A DNA stretch of 50,720 bases, from the NCBI GenBank assembly GCA_045627685.1, contig JAZQOD010000209.1, positions 1 through 50,720 of the forward strand, in the 5' to 3' direction. The DNA is from Prevotella sp. (GTDB lineage Bacteria > Bacteroidota > Bacteroidia > Bacteroidales > Bacteroidaceae). The notes below the pieces were generated by a model. That model did not search any database, was not told the origin of the DNA, and worked only from the letters and a program-made list of their open reading frames with translations. Positions 28,479 to 37,520 of the stretch are shown here, piece after piece; within the stretch, counting starts at the first letter, position 1; every line of letters starts with the position of its first letter. Position numbers and translations under genes: made by a program.

Positions 28479-29948
28479 ATGAGCAATAACAAAGCAACAC
28501 TTGAACTCGGTACAAAACCCGTAGGGCAACTCCTGATGCAATACGCCATACCTGCCATCATCGCGATGACAGCCTCATCATTATATAATATGGTGGACTC
28601 GATATTCATCGGCAGAGGTGTAGGACCATTGGCCATCAGTGGACTTGCCATCACATTCCCTTTCATGAACCTCTCCGCTGCTTTCGGAGCAGCCATCGGT
28701 GTGGGTTCATCGACATTGATTTCGGTAAGACTCGGACAGAAAGACTATAAAACGGCACAGGAGGCTTTCGGCAATAACATCACGCTGAATATCATCACTG
28801 GTATCATATTCGGTGCAGTGTGTCTCTATTTCCTCGATCCAATCCTGCAATTCTTCGGTGCGAGTGAGCAGACTCTGCCTTACGCTCGCGACTATATGAT
28901 TGTGATTCTTGCGGGAAATGCCATCACACATCTGTATTTCGGCATGAACGCAGTGCTCCGCGCCGCCTCAAAACCACGACATGCTATGTTCGCCACGATG
29001 TTCACCGTGATACTGAACACATTGCTTGACCCTCTGTTCATCTATACATTCGGGCTGGGCATCCGTGGTGCTGCATACGCCACAATACTCTCGCAGTTCC
29101 TCGCAATGTGCTGGCAGTTCTATCTGTTCAGCAACAAAAACGAGCTGTTGCATCTTCGTCGCGGCATCTACCACCTGCAGAAGCATCTGGTGAAGGACAT
29201 CATCGCAATCGGCAGTTCTCCTTTCGCCATGAATGTGTGCTCATGTCTTGTGGTTATCTTCATCAACACAGCACTGGTGCGCGAGGGTGGCGACATGGCT
29301 GTGGGTGCCTATGGCATCGGCAATCGTATCGTGTTCATATTCATCATGGTGACAATGGGCATCAATCAGGGCATGCAACCTATTGCCGGTTACAACTACG
29401 GAGCACAGAAATACGACCGAATGCTGAATGTTGTCGGTGTGGCAATTGTGGGTGCTTCGTGCGTCACAACCCTCGGATGGGCTATCTGCGTGTTCTTCCC
29501 AGAAGTCTGCGTGCGCCTGTTCACCCATGATGCAGAACTTATCGAGAGTTCTGTCCACGGCTTGCGAATCAACGGTGCTGTGCTGTTTATCATCGGTTTC
29601 CAGATGGTCATAACAAACTTCTTCCAGTCAATAGGCAAGGCAAAGATTAGCATCTTCCTGAGTTTGTCGCGTCAGTTGCTGTTCCTTATCCCTGCTATCG
29701 TCATCCTTTCCAACCTCATGGGTGTTGACGGAGTGTGGCTTTCACTGCCTGTTTCCGACATTCTGGCTTCCATAACAACAGCTGCGATGGGATATATCTA
29801 TCTGAAAAAGTTCCGCCGTATGCAGAAGGAGCACATCGAGGAAGAGCCTGATGAGAGGAATTACAGTTTCTACTCATCGCGCAACGGTGCCGCTCCACGA
29901 GGAATGGCGCCTCAGGCTAACAGTTCAGTTTACATGAAGAAGAAATGA
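28479..29948 (+). CDS. MATE-family efflux transporter (MepA-like)
   Basis: SLYNMVDSIFIG, LDPLFIY..GIRGAAYAT, QPIAGYNYGA, SLSRQ; about 12 TM helices. Confidence 0.94.
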   Translation: MSNNKATLELGTKPVGQLLMQYAIPAIIAMTASSLYNMVDSIFIGRGVGPLAISGLAITFPFMNLSAAFGAAIGVGSSTLISVRLGQKDYKTAQEAFGNNITLNIITGIIFGAVCLYFLDPILQFFGASEQTLPYARDYMIVILAGNAITHLYFGMNAVLRAASKPRHAMFATMFTVILNTLLDPLFIYTFGLGIRGAAYATILSQFLAMCWQFYLFSNKNELLHLRRGIYHLQKHLVKDIIAIGSSPFAMNVCSCLVVIFINTALVREGGDMAVGAYGIGNRIVFIFIMVTMGINQGMQPIAGYNYGAQKYDRMLNVVGVAIVGASCVTTLGWAICVFFPEVCVRLFTHDAELIESSVHGLRINGAVLFIIGFQMVITNFFQSIGKAKISIFLSLSRQLLFLIPAIVILSNLMGVDGVWLSLPVSDILASITTAAMGYIYLKKFRRMQKEHIEEEPDERNYSFYSSRNGAAPRGMAPQANSSVYMKKK

Positions 29949-30451
29949 AAAGAATTGGAATAATAAGCGATACCCACGGATATTGGGATCCTAAATTCGA
30001 GAAATACTTCGCTGAGTGCGACGAGATATGGCATGCCGGAGACATCGGTTCAGCGGATGTGGCGGCACGGCTGGCGGCGATAAAGCCTCTCAAAGCAGTA
30101 GTGGGCAACTGCGATTCGGGCGATTTGCGGTTCACCTACCCCGAGAAACTGCGGTTCAAATGCGAAGACGCTGATGTTCTGCTGACTCATATCGGTGGTT
30201 ATCCTGGCAAATACGACGCCCGGGTGCGTTCACAAATCTATGCTTCGCCACCCGACCTGTTCGTTTGTGGTCACAGCCACCTGCTGAAAGTGCAGTTCGA
30301 CAAGACCCTCAACCTGCTTCACCTCAACCCTGGGGCTGCCGGACACATGGGGTGGCAACCTACCCGCACCATTATGCGACTGACGGTTGACGGCAAGACA
30401 TTCAAGGACCTGGAGGTGATTGAACTGGGAGAAAACAAGTCACGGTTGTAG
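29945..30451 (+). CDS. YfcE/MJ0936-family metallophosphoesterase
   Basis: SDTHG, HAGD, GNCD, CGHSH, NPGAAG; ATGA overlap with the MATE gene. Confidence 0.93.
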   Translation: MKRIGIISDTHGYWDPKFEKYFAECDEIWHAGDIGSADVAARLAAIKPLKAVVGNCDSGDLRFTYPEKLRFKCEDADVLLTHIGGYPGKYDARVRSQIYASPPDLFVCGHSHLLKVQFDKTLNLLHLNPGAAGHMGWQPTRTIMRLTVDGKTFKDLEVIELGENKSRL

Positions 30452-30507
30452 ATTTACCACAATAAATCTATGATTTACGCGTTATATAGAAAACAAAAAA
30501 TCAAAAT

Positions 30508-31641
30508 ATGAAGAATATTGTAATAACCGGCGGTGCTGGCTTTATCGGAAGTCATGTGGTTCGCCTTTTCGTAAACAAGTACCCAGAGTACAACATCATC
30601 AACCTGGACAAGTTGACTTACGCTGGTAACCTCGCCAATCTGAAAGATATCGAGGACAAGCCAAACTATAAGTTTGTAAAGATGGACATCTGCGACTTCG
30701 AGGCTTTCTATCAGTTGATGCACGACGAGCATATCGATGGAATCATCCACCTTGCTGCTGAGAGCCATGTGGACCGTTCCATCAAAGACCCTTTCACCTT
30801 TGCCCGCACAAATGTGATGGGTACTCTCTCGCTTCTTCAGGCGGCCAAACTCTATTGGGAGAGCCTTCCGGAAAAGTACGAGGGCAAGCGTTTCTACCAT
30901 ATCTCGACCGATGAGGTGTATGGTGCATTGGAGATGACTCACCCTGAGGGCGTGCCTGCGCCATTCTCGACAAAGGCTTCATCGGGCAATCAGCACGAGG
31001 CTTATGGTGAGGACTTCTTCGAGGAGACAACGAAATACAATCCTCATTCGCCTTATTCGGCAGCAAAGGCGTCAAGCGATCATTTCGTCCGTGCCTATCA
31101 CGACACATACGGAATGCCTACCATCGTGACCAATTGCTCCAACAACTACGGTCCTTATCAGTTCCCAGAGAAACTGATTCCGCTGTTCATCAACAACATC
31201 CGTCATCGCAAGCCGCTCCCTGTCTATGGAAAAGGCGAGAATGTACGCGATTGGTTGTATGTTGAGGATCACGCTCGCGCCATAGATACCATATTCCATA
31301 ATGGCAAGATTGCAGAGACTTATAACATCGGCGGCTTCAACGAGTGGAAGAATATCGATATCATCAAGGTGGTCATCAACACTGTTGACCGTCTGCTCGG
31401 CCGTGCCGAGGGCGAGGATATGAACCTCATCACTTATGTCACCGACCGTCTCGGTCATGATGCGCGCTACGCCATCGACTCTCGCAAACTCCAGGCAGAA
31501 CTCGGCTGGGAACCATCCCTGCAGTTCGAGGAAGGCATCGAGAAAACCGTGAAGTGGTACTTGGAGAACGAGGCATGGATGGACAACATCACCAGCGGCG
31601 AGTACGAGAAGTACTACGAGGATATGTACAAAAACAGATAA
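30508..31641 (+). CDS. rfbB: dTDP-glucose 4,6-dehydratase
   Basis: GGAGFIG, HLAAESHVDRS, STDEVYG, YSAAK, NNYGPYQFPEKLIP. Confidence 0.97.
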   Translation: MKNIVITGGAGFIGSHVVRLFVNKYPEYNIINLDKLTYAGNLANLKDIEDKPNYKFVKMDICDFEAFYQLMHDEHIDGIIHLAAESHVDRSIKDPFTFARTNVMGTLSLLQAAKLYWESLPEKYEGKRFYHISTDEVYGALEMTHPEGVPAPFSTKASSGNQHEAYGEDFFEETTKYNPHSPYSAAKASSDHFVRAYHDTYGMPTIVTNCSNNYGPYQFPEKLIPLFINNIRHRKPLPVYGKGENVRDWLYVEDHARAIDTIFHNGKIAETYNIGGFNEWKNIDIIKVVINTVDRLLGRAEGEDMNLITYVTDRLGHDARYAIDSRKLQAELGWEPSLQFEEGIEKTVKWYLENEAWMDNITSGEYEKYYEDMYKNR

Positions 31642-31662
31642 TAACAAATAAAGCACAATATA

Positions 31663-32847
31663 ATGACAAAGATTTTATTACTCGGAAGTGGCGAGTTAGG
31701 CAAAGAGTTCGTGATTGCAGCAAAGCGCAAGGGTGTTTATGTTGTAGCATGCGACAAGTATGATAACGCACCGGCTATGCAGGTGGCTGACGAACGCGAG
31801 GTTTTCTCGATGCTCGACGGCGAGGCTTTGAAAGCCGCAGTAGAGAAGCACAATCCTGATATCATCGTACCAGAGATTGAGGCTATCCGCACCGAGATGC
31901 TCTTCGACTTCGAGAAGCAGGGCATCCAGGTGGTTCCTTCTGCACGCGCTGTGAACTATACAATGAACCGCCGTGCCATCCGTGACCTTGCCGCTCAGGA
32001 GTTAGGGGTACGCACCGCCCGCTATCGCTATGCCAAGACCTACGACGAACTGGTGGAGGCAAGTAAGGTAGTTGGTTTCCCATGTGTCATCAAACCACTG
32101 ATGTCATCGTCGGGTCACGGTCAGAGCACCGCTCAGTGTCACGAGGATTTGCAGAAATGCTTCGATGGAGCAATGGCTGGAGCACGCGGCGATGTGCAGG
32201 AGATAATCTGCGAGGAGTTCATCAACTTCGACTCGGAGTTCACCCTCCTCACCGTAACACAGAAGAATGGCCCTACCCTCTTCTGTCCTCCTATCGGTCA
32301 TGTGCAGAAAGGTGGCGACTACCGTGAGTCGTGGCAGCCTTATCAGTTGCCAGAGGCTTCACTCCGTGCAGCTGAAGAGATGGCTGAGAAGGTAACCGCA
32401 GCACTGACCGGTTACGGTATTTGGGGTGTGGAGTTCTTCCTGACAAAGGAGGGCGAGGTGATATTCTCAGAACTCTCTCCACGTCCACACGACACTGGTA
32501 TGGTGACTCTCGCACACACAACAAACCTCTCTGAGTTTGAACTTCATCTCCGTGCTGTTCTCGGTTTGCCTATCCACGACATCCGCCTGGAGCACGCTGG
32601 TTGCTCGGCTGTTGTCCTCTCACCAGTGGAGAGCCACGAGCCACTCAACTACAACCTCATGGATGTACTGAAAGAGGAATGTGCTCGTGTTCGCATCTTC
32701 GGTAAACCAGAGGCTCACTTCGGACGCCGTATGGGTGTTGTTGTGTGCTATGGCGAACCGGATGCCGACTTGATTGCTCTTCGCGACAAGGCAAAGCGTC
32801 TGGCAACAACCGTTCTGGGCACTGATCCTTATATGGAGAAAGACTAA
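31663..32847 (+). CDS. purT: Formate-dependent phosphoribosylglycinamide formyltransferase
   Basis: [50 protein letters not shown]. Confidence 0.96.
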   Translation: MTKILLLGSGELGKEFVIAAKRKGVYVVACDKYDNAPAMQVADEREVFSMLDGEALKAAVEKHNPDIIVPEIEAIRTEMLFDFEKQGIQVVPSARAVNYTMNRRAIRDLAAQELGVRTARYRYAKTYDELVEASKVVGFPCVIKPLMSSSGHGQSTAQCHEDLQKCFDGAMAGARGDVQEIICEEFINFDSEFTLLTVTQKNGPTLFCPPIGHVQKGGDYRESWQPYQLPEASLRAAEEMAEKVTAALTGYGIWGVEFFLTKEGEVIFSELSPRPHDTGMVTLAHTTNLSEFELHLRAVLGLPIHDIRLEHAGCSAVVLSPVESHEPLNYNLMDVLKEECARVRIFGKPEAHFGRRMGVVVCYGEPDADLIALRDKAKRLATTVLGTDPYMEKD

Positions 32848-32859
32848 TAACGGCTGTCG

Positions 32860-33258
32860 ATGAAGACAAGATACATACCATTGCGACATATCGGCGACCA
32901 CCGAGGTGACATGACCGTTGTCGAGGAGTTGGGCGAGGTGCCTTTCGAGGTGAAGCGCGTGTTCTGGAATTATAATGTTCCGGAAGGAAAATCACGCGGT
33001 GCTCACGCTCACAAGCAACTGCGACAACTGCTGGTGGCTGTCCACGGTAGTTTCACCGTCAATGTCGATGATGGCAAAGAGCAGCAGTCGTTTGTTCTCG
33101 ACACCCCTTGGCAGGGACTGCTCGTAGAACCGGGCGAGTGGAGTTCCGAGGATTTCTTCTCACCGGGGGCAGTGTGCTTGGTGATATGTTCTGATCATTA
33201 CGATGAGAACGATTATATTCGCGACTATGACGAGTTTAAGAAGATATACGGCAAGTGA
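32860..33258 (+). CDS. FdtA/QdtA-family dTDP-4-keto-6-deoxyglucose 3,4-ketoisomerase (cupin)
   Basis: DHRGDM, PFEVKRVF, RGAHAHK, YDENDYIRDY. Confidence 0.9.
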   Translation: MKTRYIPLRHIGDHRGDMTVVEELGEVPFEVKRVFWNYNVPEGKSRGAHAHKQLRQLLVAVHGSFTVNVDDGKEQQSFVLDTPWQGLLVEPGEWSSEDFFSPGAVCLVICSDHYDENDYIRDYDEFKKIYGK

Positions 33259-34183
33259 TGCTCCATTATGGGACGCATTTGTGGAGAGTGCCAAGAACGG
33301 CACTTTCCTCTTCAAGCGTGCCTATATGGAATACCACAGCGATCGTTTCACTGATCACTCGCTGATGTTCTTCGACGAGAAAGACCGTCTGATTGCATTG
33401 CTTCCCGCCAACGAGAAAGAGATGACGCTCTACTCCCACGGTGGACTGACCTATGGGGGATTCATCCTTTCGCAGAAAAGCACCGTGGCACAAGTGCTGC
33501 AGTTGTTTGATGCAACGAAACGGTATCTCTGCGAGCAGGGTTTCACCGCCTTGTATTACAAGCAGGTTCCGTCGTGCTATCACCTCTGTCCGGCTGAAGA
33601 AGACGAATATGCCCTCTGGCGCAACGGAGCAGTGATGACGGTGTGCAACATCTCAGCGACAGTAGTGCTCAACGGCAACACGATAGTTCCGATGGAGCGT
33701 CGCCGCAGAAGAGGCATTGCCAAAGCTGTGGAACAGCATTACGAGGTGAAGCCCGCTGAACAGCCCGACGAGTTCTGGCCTATCATGGAGGCAAACCTTA
33801 AAGAGCGATATAATGCCTCACCGGTGCATTCGCTCGACGAGATGCGACTACTCATGTCACGTTTCCCCGACAATATCCGTTGCTATCTCTCCGAGAAAGA
33901 GGGCAAGGCGGAGGCTGGCGCAATTGTATATGTCACTCCGCAGACGATACATGTGCAATATGCTCACGCTTCTCCAGCAGGCAAGGAAGAAGGAGCGCTC
34001 GACATTCTCTACGACTATCTGATAAGGAAATATCGCGAGGCTGGTTACAAATACTTCGACATCGGCACTTCCAACGAGGACGGCGGGCGTTATCTCAACG
34101 AGAATCTCATCGCCCAGAAGGAAGGTTTCGGTGGCAGGGCTATCGCCTACAAGCAATGGGTAATCAACCTCGACAATAAGTAA
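33227..34183 (+). CDS. GNAT / FemAB-like N-acyltransferase
   Basis: WDAFV..AKNGTFL...YMEYHSDRF, SHGGLTYGG, PVHS, HVQY, FDIGTS, QKEGFGG. Start probably ATG 33227. Confidence 0.8.
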   Translation: MTSLRRYTASDAPLWDAFVESAKNGTFLFKRAYMEYHSDRFTDHSLMFFDEKDRLIALLPANEKEMTLYSHGGLTYGGFILSQKSTVAQVLQLFDATKRYLCEQGFTALYYKQVPSCYHLCPAEEDEYALWRNGAVMTVCNISATVVLNGNTIVPMERRRRRGIAKAVEQHYEVKPAEQPDEFWPIMEANLKERYNASPVHSLDEMRLLMSRFPDNIRCYLSEKEGKAEAGAIVYVTPQTIHVQYAHASPAGKEEGALDILYDYLIRKYREAGYKYFDIGTSNEDGGRYLNENLIAQKEGFGGRAIAYKQWVINLDNK

Positions 34184-34195
34184 AAAGCAACAGTG

Positions 34196-35320
34196 ATGGA
34201 AATACCATATTTGAGTTTAAAGCGTATCACCGACATGCATGCTGACGAGATTCAGCAGGCTGTTCGTGATGCTGTGGATAGCGGCTGGTATCTGCAAGGC
34301 GAGCGTATTGCCCGATTCGAGAGGGAATATGCCGCTTATTGTGGTGCCAAGCACTGCATCGCATGTGCCAACGGACTGGATGCCCTTTCCCTTATGCTTC
34401 AAGCACACAAGGAACTCGGCAGATTGCACGATGGCGATGAGGTGATAGTGCCAGCGAATACCTACATCGCAACAATCCTTTCCATCACCGAGAACAATCT
34501 CGTGCCTGTATTCGTTGAACCAAATCCCCTAACCAGCCCCCTAACCCCCGAAGGGGGAATATTGGAAGGTAATTGTTCTCTGCCTTTCCAGATTGATGAC
34601 TCAAAGATAGAGGAAGCCATAACAGAGAAGACAAAGGCTATAATGCTTGTAAATCTGTACGGCTATAACTCATATACTGAAAAGATAGGCGAGATTTGCA
34701 AACAGCACAATCTCATCCTTATGGTGGACTGCGCCCAATCCCACGGTATCACTCCCCCATCGGGGGCTGGGGGGCTTTTTTCCTTCTACCCAGGCAAGAA
34801 CCTCGGAGCACTGGCTGACGCTGGTGCTGTGACAACCGATGATGATGAACTGGCGGCAGTGATAAGGGCATTGGGCAACTACGGTTCGGAACAGAAATAT
34901 GTGTTCGGCTATCGTGGTCGCAACTCACGCATGGACGAGATATCGGCTGCTGTCCTTTCCGTAAAACTGAAATATCTCGACGAGGACAACAAGCGTCGCG
35001 AAGAGATTGCCGAGCAATACATAGCAGGCATCAATAATCCGTTGATTGTACTGCCACCATCAGGTGGTGTGCATCACATCTTCCCTGTGCTTTGCAAAGA
35101 GCGTGACCGATTGCAGGCATATCTCAAAGAGCACGGCATCGGGACAATGATTCACTACCCTATCCCTCCTCACAAGCAGAAATGCTACAAGGAATGGAAC
35201 CATCTGTCGTTTCCTATTACCGAGCAGATTCATCGCGAGGAACTGTCACTGCCTATCAATCAGGCAATGACCAACGAGGAGGTTGATTACATAATTAATA
35301 CAATTAACAAGTGGGAGTAA
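34196..35320 (+). CDS. DegT/DnrJ/EryC1/StrS (FdtB/QdtB-like) sugar aminotransferase with two palindrome-derived segments
   Basis: NGLDAL, VPANTYIAT, DCAQSHG, FSFYPGKNLGA, NSRMDE, IHYPIPPHKQ, LSLPI. Confidence 0.93.
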   Translation: MEIPYLSLKRITDMHADEIQQAVRDAVDSGWYLQGERIARFEREYAAYCGAKHCIACANGLDALSLMLQAHKELGRLHDGDEVIVPANTYIATILSITENNLVPVFVEPNPLTSPLTPEGGILEGNCSLPFQIDDSKIEEAITEKTKAIMLVNLYGYNSYTEKIGEICKQHNLILMVDCAQSHGITPPSGAGGLFSFYPGKNLGALADAGAVTTDDDELAAVIRALGNYGSEQKYVFGYRGRNSRMDEISAAVLSVKLKYLDEDNKRREEIAEQYIAGINNPLIVLPPSGGVHHIFPVLCKERDRLQAYLKEHGIGTMIHYPIPPHKQKCYKEWNHLSFPITEQIHREELSLPINQAMTNEEVDYIINTINKWE

Positions 35321-35366
35321 AAGGGAATAATATGGAACTCCCTTTTTCACTTTTCACTTTTCACTT
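35309..35366. repeat. Inverted heptamer arms spanning the DegT stop and topB leader
   Basis: AAGTGGGAGTAAAAGGGA ... TCCCTTTTTCAC TTTTCAC TTTTCAC TT, ending 5 nt before the topB ATG. Confidence 0.75.
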
Positions 35367-35371
35367 ACAAT

Positions 35372-37516
35372 ATGATAGTTTGCATTGCAGAGAAACCATC
35401 GGTGGCTAAGGATATTGCTAAGGTTCTTGGAGCCAACAGCAGCCGCGATGGATATATGGAGGGTAACGGATATCAGGTTACCTGGACTTTCGGTCATCTG
35501 TGCACCCTCAAGGAGCCTCATGACTACACCGACACATGGAAGCGTTGGTCGCTTGGTGAACTGCCGATGATTCCTGAGCGCTTCGGCATAAAACTCATCG
35601 AAGACTCGGGCGTGAAGAAGCAGTTCCGTACGATCGAGACACTGATGCGTCAAGCCGACGAGATTATCAACTGCGGTGATGCCGGTCAAGAGGGAGAACT
35701 CATCCAGCGCTGGGTGATGCAGAAAGCGGGCGCTACCTGTCCGGTGAAACGCTTATGGATAAGTTCCCTCACAGAGGAGGCAATCCGTGAGGGTTTCCAG
35801 AACCTCAAAGACCAGAAAGAATATCAGCCACTATACCTCGCCGGCTTGTCACGCGCTGTGGGCGACTGGCTGTTGGGCATGAACGGAACCCGTCTCTATA
35901 CAATTAAATACGGTCAGAACCGTCAAGTGCTTTCCATTGGTCGTGTGCAGACTCCTACACTGGCGCTCATCGTAAACCGTCAGCACGAAATCGACAACTT
36001 CGTGCCACGCCAGTCGTGGGTGCTCTCAACACTCTATCGCGACACCAAGTTCACCGCCATAGCCCACGATGAGGAAGCAGAAGCGGAAGAGGCTGCCGAG
36101 ATAGCAGAGGCGCAGGCACAGGGAAAGACGATGAAATCGAAAGGTCCTATCTTCCGACAGATTGAATATGCTACCGAGGAAGAGGGAAAGAAAGTGCTCG
36201 ATTCTATCAAGGATCAGCCTTTCACGATAACAGCAATAGAGAAGAAGAACGGTACGGAGTATCCTCCTCGTCTTTACGACCTTACCTCTCTGCAGGTTGA
36301 CTGTAACAGAAAGTTCGGTTACTCTGCCGATCAGACACTGCAACTCATCCAGTCGCTCTACGAGAAGAAATTCACCACCTACCCTCGTGTAGATACAACA
36401 TTCCTCTCTGACGACATATATCCGAAATGTCCAAACATCCTCAACGGCCTCTACAAGACTGCCTTCGCAGGGAATGCTCCTTACGCAGAACTGGTAAAGG
36501 CTATTGGCGGCAAACCATTGAAGAAAAGCAAGAAGGTGTTCGACACAAGTAAGGTGACCGACCACCATGCCATCATCCCTACCGGCATTCCGCCACAGGG
36601 ATTGAGCGATATGGAGAAGAATGTGTTCGACCTTGTGGCTCGTGCTTTCATTGCTGCGTTCTATCCTGACTGCAAGTTCCAGACAACAACAGTTTTCGGA
36701 GAGGTGAAGACCCTCGATGGCGAGACTGTTCTTTTCCGTACAAGCGGAAAGGTCATCACTGACCCAGGGTGGAAAGTGGTATTCAAGAAAATCGATGACG
36801 ATTCTGCCGACAACAACGATAGCCAGGACTCTTCACTGCCTATATTCACTAAGGGCGAGAGTGGTCCACACATTCCGTCACTGACCGAAAAATGGACACA
36901 ACCTCCAAAACCTTTTACCGAAGCATCTCTGCTTCGCGCCATGGAAACGGCTGGTCGCTTTGTCGATAACGATGAACTGCGTGATGCAATGAAAGAGAAC
37001 GGTATCGGTCGCCCATCAACCCGTGCGGCAATCATCGAGACTCTCTTCAAGCGCCGCTACATTCGCAAGGAGCGCAAGTCGCTGGCTCCTACTCCAACGG
37101 GCATAGAACTGATAGGCCTTATCCACGAGGAACTGCTGAAGAGTCCCGAACTGACTGGTATCTGGGAGAAGAAACTCCGCGACATTGAGCATCAGACATA
37201 CGATGCAGGGCAGTTTATCAACGAGTTGAAAGCCCAGATTACAGACATCGTCAATCAGGTGCTTTCCGACAACAGCAATCGTCGTATCACCATTATGGGC
37301 GACGAGCCAGAGACAAAGGGCAAGAAATCCACTACCAGAAAGAAATCTGCCCCAAAGAACAGCAGCACCTCCTCGCCTCAACCTTCTGCCATAATAAAGG
37401 TGGGCTCCACATGTCCAAAGTGTGGGCAAGGCACCATCATCCAAGGCAGGACAGCCCTCGGATGCTCGCGTTGGAGAGAGGGTTGCGATTACCGAACAGA
37501 CCTTCCGAAACAGTAA
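35372..37516 (+). CDS. topB: Type IA topoisomerase, Bacteroidales topoisomerase III
   Basis: IAEKPSVA TOPRIM, DAGQEGE, SIGRVQTPTL, TTYPRVD (catalytic Tyr), GIGRPSTRA, C-terminal CPKC..C..C zinc ribbon. Confidence 0.93.
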   Translation: MIVCIAEKPSVAKDIAKVLGANSSRDGYMEGNGYQVTWTFGHLCTLKEPHDYTDTWKRWSLGELPMIPERFGIKLIEDSGVKKQFRTIETLMRQADEIINCGDAGQEGELIQRWVMQKAGATCPVKRLWISSLTEEAIREGFQNLKDQKEYQPLYLAGLSRAVGDWLLGMNGTRLYTIKYGQNRQVLSIGRVQTPTLALIVNRQHEIDNFVPRQSWVLSTLYRDTKFTAIAHDEEAEAEEAAEIAEAQAQGKTMKSKGPIFRQIEYATEEEGKKVLDSIKDQPFTITAIEKKNGTEYPPRLYDLTSLQVDCNRKFGYSADQTLQLIQSLYEKKFTTYPRVDTTFLSDDIYPKCPNILNGLYKTAFAGNAPYAELVKAIGGKPLKKSKKVFDTSKVTDHHAIIPTGIPPQGLSDMEKNVFDLVARAFIAAFYPDCKFQTTTVFGEVKTLDGETVLFRTSGKVITDPGWKVVFKKIDDDSADNNDSQDSSLPIFTKGESGPHIPSLTEKWTQPPKPFTEASLLRAMETAGRFVDNDELRDAMKENGIGRPSTRAAIIETLFKRRYIRKERKSLAPTPTGIELIGLIHEELLKSPELTGIWEKKLRDIEHQTYDAGQFINELKAQITDIVNQVLSDNSNRRITIMGDEPETKGKKSTTRKKSAPKNSSTSSPQPSAIIKVGSTCPKCGQGTIIQGRTALGCSRWREGCDYRTDLPKQ

Positions 37517-37520
37517 ATAT

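Noticed and set aside
29820-29948. Hydrophilic C-terminal extension of the MATE protein
   Set aside because: No repeat or motif; it ends in a normal ATGA overlap and cannot be shown unusual without an alignment.
30930-31015. Extra loop in RfbB (HPEGVPAPFSTKASSGNQHEAYG)
   Set aside because: The DNA is not repetitive, and I recall similar loops in other Bacteroidales RfbB proteins.
36061-36150. Acidic, Ala-rich stretch in TopB
   Set aside because: Low complexity, but not built from any repeat family seen here; probably a lineage-variable loop.
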